Positions 1 through 8,468 of a stretch of 18,835 nucleotides of DNA are shown here, one piece after another. The notes below the pieces were generated by a model that was given only the letters and a program-made list of their open reading frames with translations, was not told the origin of the DNA and did no database searches. The stretch covers positions 1 to 18,835 of the forward strand of contig JAYGFR010000084.1 in the NCBI GenBank assembly GCA_046581755.1, written 5' to 3'. Position numbers and translations under genes: made by a program. Every line of letters starts with the position of its first letter. Positions within the stretch are counted from its first letter, which is position 1. Source of the stretch: Nitrospinota bacterium. Its GTDB lineage: Bacteria > UBA8248.

Positions 1-307
1 CCCCTACCCCGATGGCGCCCGAGAGTCCACCGGAGCGGAATTTTTTGAGCAGGATTTTTTTCCCGCCCTCGATCATCGTCTCGGCGGCCCGGGCCCGGTC
101 CATTTCCGCGATGGCCTCCCACGATGAGCCCGCCGCCTCGGCCATTCGCCCCCCCGTGACGGCGGCGTCCCCGATCGTGTGGGGGCGCAGGGAGAGGTCC
201 ACCAGCCAGGGCCGGACCCCCGCCCCGGAGAGCGCATCGCAGACGAAGCGCGCCTCCTCGCCCTTGCTGTCCAACGTCACCAAAACCGCGACAGCCGCCT
301 CGGTCAT
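1..307 (-). CDS. UPF0261 / Tm-1-like ATP-binding domain protein, N-terminal part (runs off the left edge)
   Basis: Manual translation from ATG at 307: MTEAAVAVLVTLDSKGEEARFVCDAL...DRARAAETMIEGG...GLSGAIGVG. TLD[T/S]KGEE and the G-x-I-G-x-G region match UPF0261. Lies 43 nt downstream of its usual TIM-barrel partner. Not in the ORF track. Confidence 0.85.
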   Translation of the reverse strand, partial: MTEAAVAVLVTLDSKGEEARFVCDALSGAGVRPWLVDLSLRPHTIGDAAVTGGRMAEAAGSSWEAIAEMDRARAAETMIEGGKKILLKKFRSGGLSGAIGVG

Positions 308-350
308 TCCAGGATTCCCCAACGATGAAAACAGGACGCTCGGCGGGATT

Positions 351-1193
351 CTACTTTTTCAGCGCAACGGATTTGAACGCCCGGGCCGCCGCCGGGACCG
401 CCTCCTCGACGGGAAGCCGCTCGGCCGAGGAGCCGCCGACATAGCCGTCGAACCGGGGCTCGCGCTCCAAAAGGGCCTCGAAGTGCGCCGCGCTCTCGAT
501 GGCCCCTCCGTGGCAGGTGTAGATCAGATCCGAATGCCGCGCGGCGAGGGCGTCGAAGATGGCGGCGGCGCGCTGGGCCGAACCGTCCAGGCCGATCACC
601 GTCTTCGAGCCGGTGGAGCCGCCCGAACTGTTTCCGAAATGGATGATGATATTGTCCACGCCGGCCTCGGCCATGGCGAGCGCCTCGCCGGGAGTGGTGC
701 AAAACGCCTTGGTGAACAATCCTTTTCGGCTGGCGTCCTCGAGGACCTCGACCTCGAGGTGAAACCCCATCCCCGTTTCCTCGAGGTCTTTTCGAAAATT
801 CCCGTCGATCAGGGCGACCGTCGGACAATTCATCACACCATCGAACCCGGTGGCCTGGAGACGATCGACGAAGGAAGCCATGTTCCGGGTGGGATCCACC
901 GCCAAAACCCCCGCCACCACCGGGCACTCCTTCACCGCGTTCAGGATATACCGCTCTCCCAGCTCGAGGGTGATGGCATTGGCATCCCCGATGGGGAGAT
1001 AGCCCGCCATCGAGCTCAGGCCCTGCATCCGGTAAAATGCGAGATTAAAAGTCGTTACGAGATCGGCGCCTCCGCGGGCCGAGAATTTGGCGGTGATCCC
1101 GCTCCCGCAGAGCGCATCGTAGATGGACCTCGACGCATCGCGCTCGGCCCGAAGGCGGCTCACGATCTCATTCTTGGTGAATTTTCCTGCCAT
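351..1193 (-). CDS. TIM-barrel signal-transduction / phosphoenolpyruvate hydrolase-like protein (Tm-1 C-terminal-like)
   Basis: Motifs GSGITAK, GGADL, YRMQGLSSMAGYLPIGDAN, NCPTVALIDG.FRKDLEETGMGF..EVE, CHGG.I and GGSSAERLPVE match this family; adjacent to a UPF0261 gene. Confidence 0.88.
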   Translation of the reverse strand: MAGKFTKNEIVSRLRAERDASRSIYDALCGSGITAKFSARGGADLVTTFNLAFYRMQGLSSMAGYLPIGDANAITLELGERYILNAVKECPVVAGVLAVDPTRNMASFVDRLQATGFDGVMNCPTVALIDGNFRKDLEETGMGFHLEVEVLEDASRKGLFTKAFCTTPGEALAMAEAGVDNIIIHFGNSSGGSTGSKTVIGLDGSAQRAAAIFDALAARHSDLIYTCHGGAIESAAHFEALLEREPRFDGYVGGSSAERLPVEEAVPAAARAFKSVALKK

Positions 1194-1459
1194 TTCGGAT
1201 ATTCCCTGCCCTTACAACGGGGCGCAGATACGCCATTTCATGTTTCATATCAAATACTTAACAAAATTTTCGCTTTGGCCAAAACAGCCAGCGATCATGC
1301 GGACGCCCACTTGCGGTGAACTCGTCCTCTGTGGAACGATTGTGAATCCAAAAGTCGAATACCCGATTATTATCGGATTTCATTCAAGTTAGCGGATTGG
1401 TGGTCTCAACCGCCCGAGCCGTCCCGCCCTTTTGGGGGTGGGGCGGCAGGGGCCACCAT

Positions 1460-2473
1460 TCAACTGACCGCTTCGGAAGAACCTTCCGCCCCGGATTCCG
1501 TTTCCTTCGCCACCGCGCTCGTTCTCTGAGGCCGGCGCATGCCGCCGACCGTGCTCCGCTTTGGCCCTGTTTTTTTCTTCGGGGCCGTCGCGCGCTTGGA
1601 CTTGGGTTTGGGCGGGGCCGCTGGATCGCCCGCCGGGGCCGCGCTCTTGGAGCGAGACTGGCGGCGCCTGGGTTTGGGTTCGGCCTTTTTCGGCGCGGCC
1701 GCCACGGCGTCCGAAACCTGGTGTCCAAGCTCGACGACGATGTAGCTCCCGCTCCTCTCGTCCTTGCGAAGCTGGATGTAGCCGCGGCTTTGCGCGTCCT
1801 CCAGCAGGGCGCTGAAGCTTCGGTATCCGTTCGCGCTCTCCGAGAACGAGGGGCGCTTTCTCTTCATCGTCTCCTTGACGATGGAAGACCAGATGATCGA
1901 AACGTTTTCCCGCCGGAGGGCCTCCACCGAATCGAACAATAGTTCGAACGTATCCCGCTTCACCTTGGGAACATCGCTCCCGATTCCAAGGTTTTGTCCG
2001 CCCTTGGGATTGAGGTCTTCGTAAAAAATAAATTCATCGCAGCTTTCGACCAGCAGGTTCGACGTGGACCCCCGCATTCCGAGGCCGATCACGTGCTTTC
2101 CGTTTTCCTTGAGCTTGGATACCAGGGGTGAAAAATCGCTGTCGCCCGAAGCGATGACAAACGTGCCGATATGCTCCTTGGCGTAACACATGTCCATCGC
2201 GTCCACGACCAGGCGGATATCGGCCGAATTTTTCCCGGTCACGGAGCGGCGGGGAACCTCCACAAGCTCGATGCCTGCTTCATGCAAGGCGTCCTTGAAT
2301 TTCGAGAAGCGCGACCAGTCGCAATACGCGCGCTTCATTACCACCTTGCCCTTCTCCACCAGGCGGCCCAGAACGCGATGAATATCGAACGCCTCGTGAG
2401 AGGATCGGGCGAATCCTCTCGCTAGATTCTCAAAATCGATGTAGAGCGCAATGCCCTCGTTTAAATTCGCCAT
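1460..2473 (-). CDS. NYN (LabA/DUF88, PIN-like) domain protein with OST-HTH/LOTUS domain and basic low-complexity tail; putative ribonuclease
   Basis: ALYIDFENL, KRAYCDWS, KNSADIRLVVDAMD, IASGDSDFSPLV and CDEFIFYE (NYN); PSFSE...GYRSFSALLED (LOTUS). Start moved from 2536 to ATG 2473, which follows the RBS-like AAGGAGAG. Confidence 0.9.
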   Translation of the reverse strand: MANLNEGIALYIDFENLARGFARSSHEAFDIHRVLGRLVEKGKVVMKRAYCDWSRFSKFKDALHEAGIELVEVPRRSVTGKNSADIRLVVDAMDMCYAKEHIGTFVIASGDSDFSPLVSKLKENGKHVIGLGMRGSTSNLLVESCDEFIFYEDLNPKGGQNLGIGSDVPKVKRDTFELLFDSVEALRRENVSIIWSSIVKETMKRKRPSFSESANGYRSFSALLEDAQSRGYIQLRKDERSGSYIVVELGHQVSDAVAAAPKKAEPKPRRRQSRSKSAAPAGDPAAPPKPKSKRATAPKKKTGPKRSTVGGMRRPQRTSAVAKETESGAEGSSEAVS

Positions 2474-2616
2474 ATCTCTCCTTGTCAGGCGATTTTCACG
2501 GCCTGTAAATTCATTCTTTTTTTTTAAATTTCGCACGCTTCAAAATTCCATTCAGGCGCTAACCACCGCCCGGATGCGGCCCTACCCGAACCGTTTATGC
2601 GCAAACGCAACGATAA

Positions 2617-4749
2617 TCAACTGCGATCCGCCAGCGCGCCCTCGAAGGCGAAAATGCCGGCCAGAAACAGCAAAAGATAGACGCCCAAATCGACGCGGCC
2701 CGGGATGGCGCCCTGGGATTCCGGACCCTCCGCCTGGATCGAGCGGACCACGACATCCAGCCCGGGAAGGCGGCTTTGCAGCTCCGCCTCACTCATCGCC
2801 CTGAGGATGGCCTCGGAGGCGGGCACGTTGGCGGCCAACATTTGCTTCCCCTCGGGACCGTTCATCTCATAGAAACCGGCCTGAACCGTGTTGGTGAACC
2901 GGCCCTCGAGCCGGGCCCCCGGTCCTCGTGGCGGAGCAGCGCCCGCGGCGCGCGCGCGGTTGTCCGGGCCCGCCAGCTTCAGGCGAACGAGCCCCCGGAT
3001 GCCCCCGGGGCCCTGGATTCGAACGGAATCTCCCTTGCTGTTCGCCCTCGGGCGAATGACGATGGGCCGGCCCGCGTCGATTCCGGCCACGGTTCCGCCC
3101 TCCCGGACTCCCAGGAAATGCACCATTCCCCGCATGAAGGGCACGAATACGGGCCGGACAGGGATGTCCGTCCATTCCCGGTCGCAGGTCGATGCCCAGA
3201 GGGCGATTTTTCCTGCCCCGGAGCGCCCCGCCACCAGGACCGGGGTTCCGTCCTTGAGGGCCAGGAGGACTTTTCCGCCCCCTGCCGGCTTGAGGGAAAT
3301 GAGACGGCGGATTTTGGTCTTGGCGAACAACCGCGACGGATTGGCTCCCATCAGCGAAAAAATGGGGTGCCTCAGATTCTCCGGCGAAACGCGCGGGCCC
3401 TGGGGGATTTTGACCCCGCGGGGGGCGCCCCATACGGCGGGAAGCCACCCTTGCCCGGGCAAGCGCCCGCCCGCCAGCGCCCCTCCGGCGAGCAAAAGGC
3501 CTCCCCCCCGCTCGACGAACCGGCGAAGCTCCTCGGACTTTCCGGGCGGCCATTTGCCGACGTTGCAGGCGACGACCATATCGTAGCGGTCCCATTCCAC
3601 CTTGCCCAACTCATAGCCGGCGACCACCTCGACGAGAATCGGCGAGTCGCCCCCCGGCGCCGAGGCGCGCAAGGCGTTCGATAAATAAAAGGACTCGCTC
3701 TCGACCAAACCCCTGCGGGGATCGCCGTCCACGATGAGGACGCGGTTCCTCCGGCTCATTTCGGCCGAGAAAAAATACCGGTTCGTCGCGGCCAGCGAAT
3801 CCGCCGAAAGCTCGAGGCGTCCCTCGAGAAACCCCTCGGCCGGGGCGACGGCGCGGAAGCTCACCTCCTTCTCCTCGCCCGCCCCGAGATCCACCTCGGA
3901 GAATCCGGCCCGGTCCTTTCCCATGTACAGCGAAACGCCCACCTTCTTCCTCGCCTTCGAGCCCCGGTTGGCCACCCGCAGAACGACGGCCAGGGTGGAG
4001 GCGGCGCGCGGGGGCCATGGGCGCAGGCGCACATTGTGGATCGCCACATCGTCCGTCCCCCTCTCGGGCGCGATGCGGACGAACTGAAGCCGCGTGTGGG
4101 GGCTCAAACGCCGGAGCCCCCGGATACGAAGCGCCTCCCATCCGGTTTTCGCCATGTCGCTCAGGATGACGATTCGGCGCCGATCCTTCGAGGCGGCCGC
4201 CCGCTCCATCGCCGCCCTGAGGACCCGGACCGCATCACCCGCGGCGGCGGTTTGAGGGATTTTATCAAGGCGGGCCAGGGCCGCCCGCCCGGACATATCC
4301 TCCGGCTCGCCCCCGCCCGGCCCAGGAACGGTGGGCAAAACGGCGACCCGGTCGTCCCCGGAAAGAGAGCGGATCAGCCCGGCTGCGGTGCGCTTGGCCA
4401 GGCTCAAGCGGGTGCCGCTCCCGATCCGGTATCCCATGCTCGCCGAGTTATCGATCAGCACCGTCAAATGAAGAGGCGAGAAGCCTCCCCCGAGCCAACC
4501 CGATCCCGAGAGCAGGGGGCGCGCGGCCAGGAATACGATGAGCGAGACAGCCGATACCCGGAGGGCGAGAAGAAGCCAGTTCCGGAGCTGACTCCTTCTG
4601 GCGATGCGCCGATGGGTCCGGAGCAGGAATTCGAAAGTGGGAAGGCGCACGATCTTGATTCGCCTCCGCCGCAGGAGATGGATCAGGATCGGAAGCAGGA
4701 CCAGCCCCGAGGCCCAAAGCAGATAACTGTGAAAGAACTGAAGCCCCAC
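2617..4749 (-). CDS. BatA-type N-terminal double-anchor membrane protein with VWA, Ig/CARDB-like and GATase-like domains
   Basis: N-terminus LLPILIHLLRRRR...PTFEFLL...WLLLALR...ARP; MIDAS DNSAS plus ILSD; LRRFVERGGGLLL (GATase-like); C-terminal TM helix ending FAFEGAL. Confidence 0.85.
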   Translation of the reverse strand: MGLQFFHSYLLWASGLVLLPILIHLLRRRRIKIVRLPTFEFLLRTHRRIARRSQLRNWLLLALRVSAVSLIVFLAARPLLSGSGWLGGGFSPLHLTVLIDNSASMGYRIGSGTRLSLAKRTAAGLIRSLSGDDRVAVLPTVPGPGGGEPEDMSGRAALARLDKIPQTAAAGDAVRVLRAAMERAAASKDRRRIVILSDMAKTGWEALRIRGLRRLSPHTRLQFVRIAPERGTDDVAIHNVRLRPWPPRAASTLAVVLRVANRGSKARKKVGVSLYMGKDRAGFSEVDLGAGEEKEVSFRAVAPAEGFLEGRLELSADSLAATNRYFFSAEMSRRNRVLIVDGDPRRGLVESESFYLSNALRASAPGGDSPILVEVVAGYELGKVEWDRYDMVVACNVGKWPPGKSEELRRFVERGGGLLLAGGALAGGRLPGQGWLPAVWGAPRGVKIPQGPRVSPENLRHPIFSLMGANPSRLFAKTKIRRLISLKPAGGGKVLLALKDGTPVLVAGRSGAGKIALWASTCDREWTDIPVRPVFVPFMRGMVHFLGVREGGTVAGIDAGRPIVIRPRANSKGDSVRIQGPGGIRGLVRLKLAGPDNRARAAGAAPPRGPGARLEGRFTNTVQAGFYEMNGPEGKQMLAANVPASEAILRAMSEAELQSRLPGLDVVVRSIQAEGPESQGAIPGRVDLGVYLLLFLAGIFAFEGALADRS

Positions 4750-4761
4750 CGGATTATATCC

Positions 4762-5688
4762 TCAATTCTTTAACTTCATGCGCCAGGCGAGGAAGCGGAC
4801 GAGCGCCCGGTCGAGCGGCTCTCCCGTCGAAAGGAGGACGTAATGAATGCCCTCCGTCCGGCAGTGGTCCCGCGTGGAATCCAGAAATTCCTGAAGCAGG
4901 CCGAGGTAGGGTTTTCGGACCACCTCGCACTCCACCGTCATGTTCCGATCCGTTTCGACATCCTCGACGCGGGCCAGCCCCTCGAAGGGGAAATCCAGTT
5001 CGACCGGATCGAGCACATGAAACACGATAACGTCGTTTCCCTTGAGGCGAATCAGCCGAAGCGCCCGCGCCACCATTTCGGGGTCGTCGAGCAAATCGGA
5101 GAAAATCGCCACCATCCCCCGCCGCTTCAACCCCTCCGCAAGGCGGATGAGCGAGGCGGCCAGGCCCGTTCCGCCTTCCGGCCGCTCCGCCTGGAGGGCC
5201 GCCAGCAACCCGATGAGGTGCCGCCGCACGGCCTTGGCCGGAACGATCCGGTCCTCGGTTTCCTTCGAGAGAACAATTCCCACCGCGTCGGATTGCTTCA
5301 AGAGCAAATGCGCGAGCGAGGCGGCCAGCGTGGCGGCGTATTCCCATTTGGTCATGGGCCCTTCGCCGAAATCCATCGAGGCGCTCGCGTCCACCACCAT
5401 GTGAGCGCGCAGGTTGGTCTCGGTCTCGAATTGTTTGATGAGATAGCGGTCGAATTTGCCGTATGCCTTCCAGTCGATATGGCGAAACTCATCGCCCGGC
5501 GTATATGGGCGGTGTTCCTCGAACTCGACGCTGAGCCCGTGGGCGCGGCTGCGGTGCACCCCGCTCATCATGCCTTCGACCACATGGCGGGCACGCAACT
5601 CGAAGCCCGAGATCCGGGCCACCACGGCGGGATCGAAAAACCGCCCCGCGTCGCCGGCGACTCTTCGCGCCCTCAGCGCCGGACTCAA
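4762..5688 (-). CDS. DUF58 domain protein (MoxR-associated, VWA-like)
   Basis: GVHRS..HGLSVEFEEHRPYTPGDEFRHIDWK, VDASASM and IFSDLLD motifs; TTG start overlaps the moxR stop (TTGA). Exact start uncertain. Confidence 0.92.
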   Translation of the reverse strand: MSPALRARRVAGDAGRFFDPAVVARISGFELRARHVVEGMMSGVHRSRAHGLSVEFEEHRPYTPGDEFRHIDWKAYGKFDRYLIKQFETETNLRAHMVVDASASMDFGEGPMTKWEYAATLAASLAHLLLKQSDAVGIVLSKETEDRIVPAKAVRRHLIGLLAALQAERPEGGTGLAASLIRLAEGLKRRGMVAIFSDLLDDPEMVARALRLIRLKGNDVIVFHVLDPVELDFPFEGLARVEDVETDRNMTVECEVVRKPYLGLLQEFLDSTRDHCRTEGIHYVLLSTGEPLDRALVRFLAWRMKLKN

Positions 5689-6737
5689 GCCGCCTCCGTC
5701 GTTTCGGTGGGAGGTTTGATGGCTTCAAGCAGCCTTTCCACAAGGACCAGCGTATCGATGCCCTCGGCCTGGCCCCGGAAATTGACGAGAATCCGGTGGC
5801 GGAGCACCGGCTCGGCCAGCTCCCGGACATCCCCGATGGACGCCGCATACCGCCCGTGGAGCAGGGCGCGCGCCCGCGCCCCCAGGATCAGATATTGGCT
5901 CGCCCGGGGACCCGCCCCCCATTCGACGAAACTGCGGACAAAATCCGGTGCGCTTTCATCCTCCGGCCGCGACGCGCGCGCGAGGGACACCGCGTAGTCC
6001 ACGACATAGGGCGCGGCCGGCACCCGGCGGACGAGCTCCTGATAGGCCAGAATCTCCCCGGCGTTGAGAATCTTTTTGAGGACGGGAATGTAGTCCGATG
6101 TCGTTTGGACGACAATTTCGGACTCCTCGGCGAGACTCGGGTAATCCACCCTGACATCGAACATGAACCGGTCCAGTTGCGCCTCCGGCAGGGGGTAGGT
6201 GCCCTCCTGCTCCACCGGATTCTGGGTCGCCAGGACAAAAAACGGGGGCTCCAGGATGTGGGTTTTCCCGCCCGCCGTGACGCGCTGTTCTTGCATCGCC
6301 TGAAGGAGGGCGGCCTGGGTCTTGGGCGGCGTCCGGTTGATCTCGTCGGCAAGGAGAATTTGCGAAAAAACCGGCCCCCGGATAAACCGGAAAGCCCGCC
6401 GCCCCTCGGCCGTCTCATCGAGAATATCGGTGCCGGTGATATCCGAGGGCATGAGGTCGGGCGTGAATTGGATCCGGTTGAATTCGAGCTGGAGCACCTC
6501 GGCCATGGTCCGGATGAGCAGCGTCTTGGCCAGGCCCGGAACACCCACCAGGAGACAATGGCCCTTCGAGAGCAGGGAGATGAGAACCAGATCCAAGACG
6601 CCCACCTGGCCGACGATCACTTTCCGGATTTCGTTCAGAATCGCCTCTCTTTTTATTCCTATCTCCCGGGCCAACTCGATATCGGCCTGACCCAACTCCT
6701 GACTCCCCGTTGTTTCATTTTCTGGATAATCGCTCAT
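5685..6737 (-). CDS. moxR: MoxR-family AAA+ ATPase
   Basis: Walker A GVPGLAKT, RIQFTPDLMPSDITG, Walker B LLADEINRTPPKTQAALLQAMQE, ATQNPVEQEGTYPLPEAQLDRF, GAGPRAS, VLRHR. Confidence 0.96.
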   Translation of the reverse strand: MSDYPENETTGSQELGQADIELAREIGIKREAILNEIRKVIVGQVGVLDLVLISLLSKGHCLLVGVPGLAKTLLIRTMAEVLQLEFNRIQFTPDLMPSDITGTDILDETAEGRRAFRFIRGPVFSQILLADEINRTPPKTQAALLQAMQEQRVTAGGKTHILEPPFFVLATQNPVEQEGTYPLPEAQLDRFMFDVRVDYPSLAEESEIVVQTTSDYIPVLKKILNAGEILAYQELVRRVPAAPYVVDYAVSLARASRPEDESAPDFVRSFVEWGAGPRASQYLILGARARALLHGRYAASIGDVRELAEPVLRHRILVNFRGQAEGIDTLVLVERLLEAIKPPTETTEAA

Positions 6738-6743
6738 ATATTC

Positions 6744-8468
6744 TCAATTTCCTCTCAATTGCCGGGCAAGCCCAGACTCGCGCCGCGCCAATTTCAATAA
6801 ACCCCCTTCTTGATAAATCAACGCCAGCCGCTCGTGCGGAATGGGATTAAACGGATTGATGTGAATGGCTTCGAGCCATGCCGCACGGGCCGCCTTCTTG
6901 TCGCCGGTTCTCTCGAAGGCCACTCCCATATGAACGTAGGATGGCCCGAAGTCCGGATCCACGCTCGCGGCTTTTTTCGCGGCCCGAAGCGCCCTGGCGG
7001 GCCTTCCGAGGCGAAGTTCCAGGCGGGCCATCCGGTTCAGCAACTGGGGAGAATTCGGCTCATCCCGGAGCGCCCTTCGGTACTCCACCCAGGCGGCTTT
7101 TGTTCTTCCCCGGATCCATAGGCGATCCGCCAGGCGAGTCCGCCTCCTCGCCACGGCGCTTTTGAGCAGCGCCAGATCCGCGGCGCTTCCGCCCACGGGC
7201 CCGGTCGCCCGCAGCCGGAATTTTCGGACCTGAGCGCCCTGGTGCGCGCGGAGGTTTTGGGCCGCGAGGTCTTTTTTCCAGACTTCCTCGAACCCCTCGA
7301 GGTCCAGGCCAAATAGCCGCTGGAGCCCCGCTCCGGCGCTTGGCGGGGGGCCGGTGGACTCCAGCTCGACAAGAGAGGGCCGGGCATTTCGAATCGTATT
7401 TTTTTGACCCGAAGATGGCGCCTTTTTCTCCGGCTTGGCGTCCCGAATGGCGCGGAGCACCCTTCGAAGCGAGCCCTTCCCCCCGCGCCGGAGGATGAAA
7501 TCGGTGACCGAGGCCCCTTCGGCGTAGGCCAGCTGCACCTCTTCGGCGGTTTTCAAATAGATCAGGCTCGGCTCCATTTTTTTGAAGGAGATGAACGAAT
7601 CCGACTTGCGGGCCTTCACGAGCAAGACCTCGTCGATGGGATTCAGGTGCGGCCGATTCCGGCCTCTCCACTTTTTCTCGAAATATTTCGCGATCCCCTC
7701 GTGAAGCCAGATCGGGGTTTTGTTTTTCGTCCCCGTCGTTATCAAATAATGGACGAACTCGTGCGCCGCCGTATCGAGCCACCGGTAGCCCCGCTGCAGG
7801 ACCGCCGGAGAGATCAACATCATCTTGTTGAACTTGCAGAGGCCGACGACGCCCTTCTCGATATCGCTCCGCCGAATGGTGGAGCCCTTATGAAACCGAT
7901 CCGGGTCCGAGTAGATTTCGACCCGGACGCGGCCGCCCAGCTTCACTCCGAGCTCCTTGCCGAACACCCGGTAGGCGGCCTCGAGCGTTTGGGCCATATA
8001 CGGAAGAAGGATCGAATCCCGCTTCGCATCGTAGCGAATCTCGAAATGCTCGGTCCTGTGGATGCTGAACCCCTGGACAGCCGCCAGGGACTGTTTGACA
8101 TGAAGGCGAAGCTCGAGCCATTCGCCGTCCCCTGGGCTTTTCGCCAGCGCCTCGTTGAGGCGGGCGATGGACTTCGCATAATCTCCTTGGAGATAGGCTA
8201 GCGTGCCCTCGAGCGCCAGCCATTCGGGCAATCCGGGAGCCCCCTGGCGGATCTCCGAGAGAATCCGCCCGGCCACGGCCAGATTCCAGGCGCGAAGCGC
8301 ATTCACCACCCGGCGGTATCCGGCGGGCCGGGGATTTCCCAACCGGGGACCTGGCGCCTTGGGGGGCGGCGGCGCCTTTCGGGCGAGTCCCGCCTCCGCG
8401 GCCGCCGCAAGGTGCAGCGCCATCAGCGGGGCCAAAACCACAACCGCCCCTTTTTTCATGTGCATCAT
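6744..8468 (-). CDS. Secreted TPR-containing peptidase MA-like (gluzincin) zinc metallopeptidase
   Basis: Signal peptide-like MKKGAVVVLAPLMALHLAAAAEA; HEFVH (HEXXH) followed by PIWLHEGIAKY; TPR-like helices at both ends (EGTLAYLQGDYAKSIARLNEAL; AWLEAIHINPFNP). Confidence 0.85.
   Translation of the reverse strand: MMHMKKGAVVVLAPLMALHLAAAAEAGLARKAPPPPKAPGPRLGNPRPAGYRRVVNALRAWNLAVAGRILSEIRQGAPGLPEWLALEGTLAYLQGDYAKSIARLNEALAKSPGDGEWLELRLHVKQSLAAVQGFSIHRTEHFEIRYDAKRDSILLPYMAQTLEAAYRVFGKELGVKLGGRVRVEIYSDPDRFHKGSTIRRSDIEKGVVGLCKFNKMMLISPAVLQRGYRWLDTAAHEFVHYLITTGTKNKTPIWLHEGIAKYFEKKWRGRNRPHLNPIDEVLLVKARKSDSFISFKKMEPSLIYLKTAEEVQLAYAEGASVTDFILRRGGKGSLRRVLRAIRDAKPEKKAPSSGQKNTIRNARPSLVELESTGPPPSAGAGLQRLFGLDLEGFEEVWKKDLAAQNLRAHQGAQVRKFRLRATGPVGGSAADLALLKSAVARRRTRLADRLWIRGRTKAAWVEYRRALRDEPNSPQLLNRMARLELRLGRPARALRAAKKAASVDPDFGPSYVHMGVAFERTGDKKAARAAWLEAIHINPFNPIPHERLALIYQEGGLLKLARRESGLARQLRGN

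Noticed and set aside
1424..1446. CCGCCC...GGGCGG hairpin after the NYN stop as an intrinsic terminator
   Set aside because: Short stem, large loop and no U-tract on the coding strand.
2474..2536. N-terminal extension of the NYN ORF to 2536
   Set aside because: The RBS precedes ATG 2473 and the domain starts right after it.
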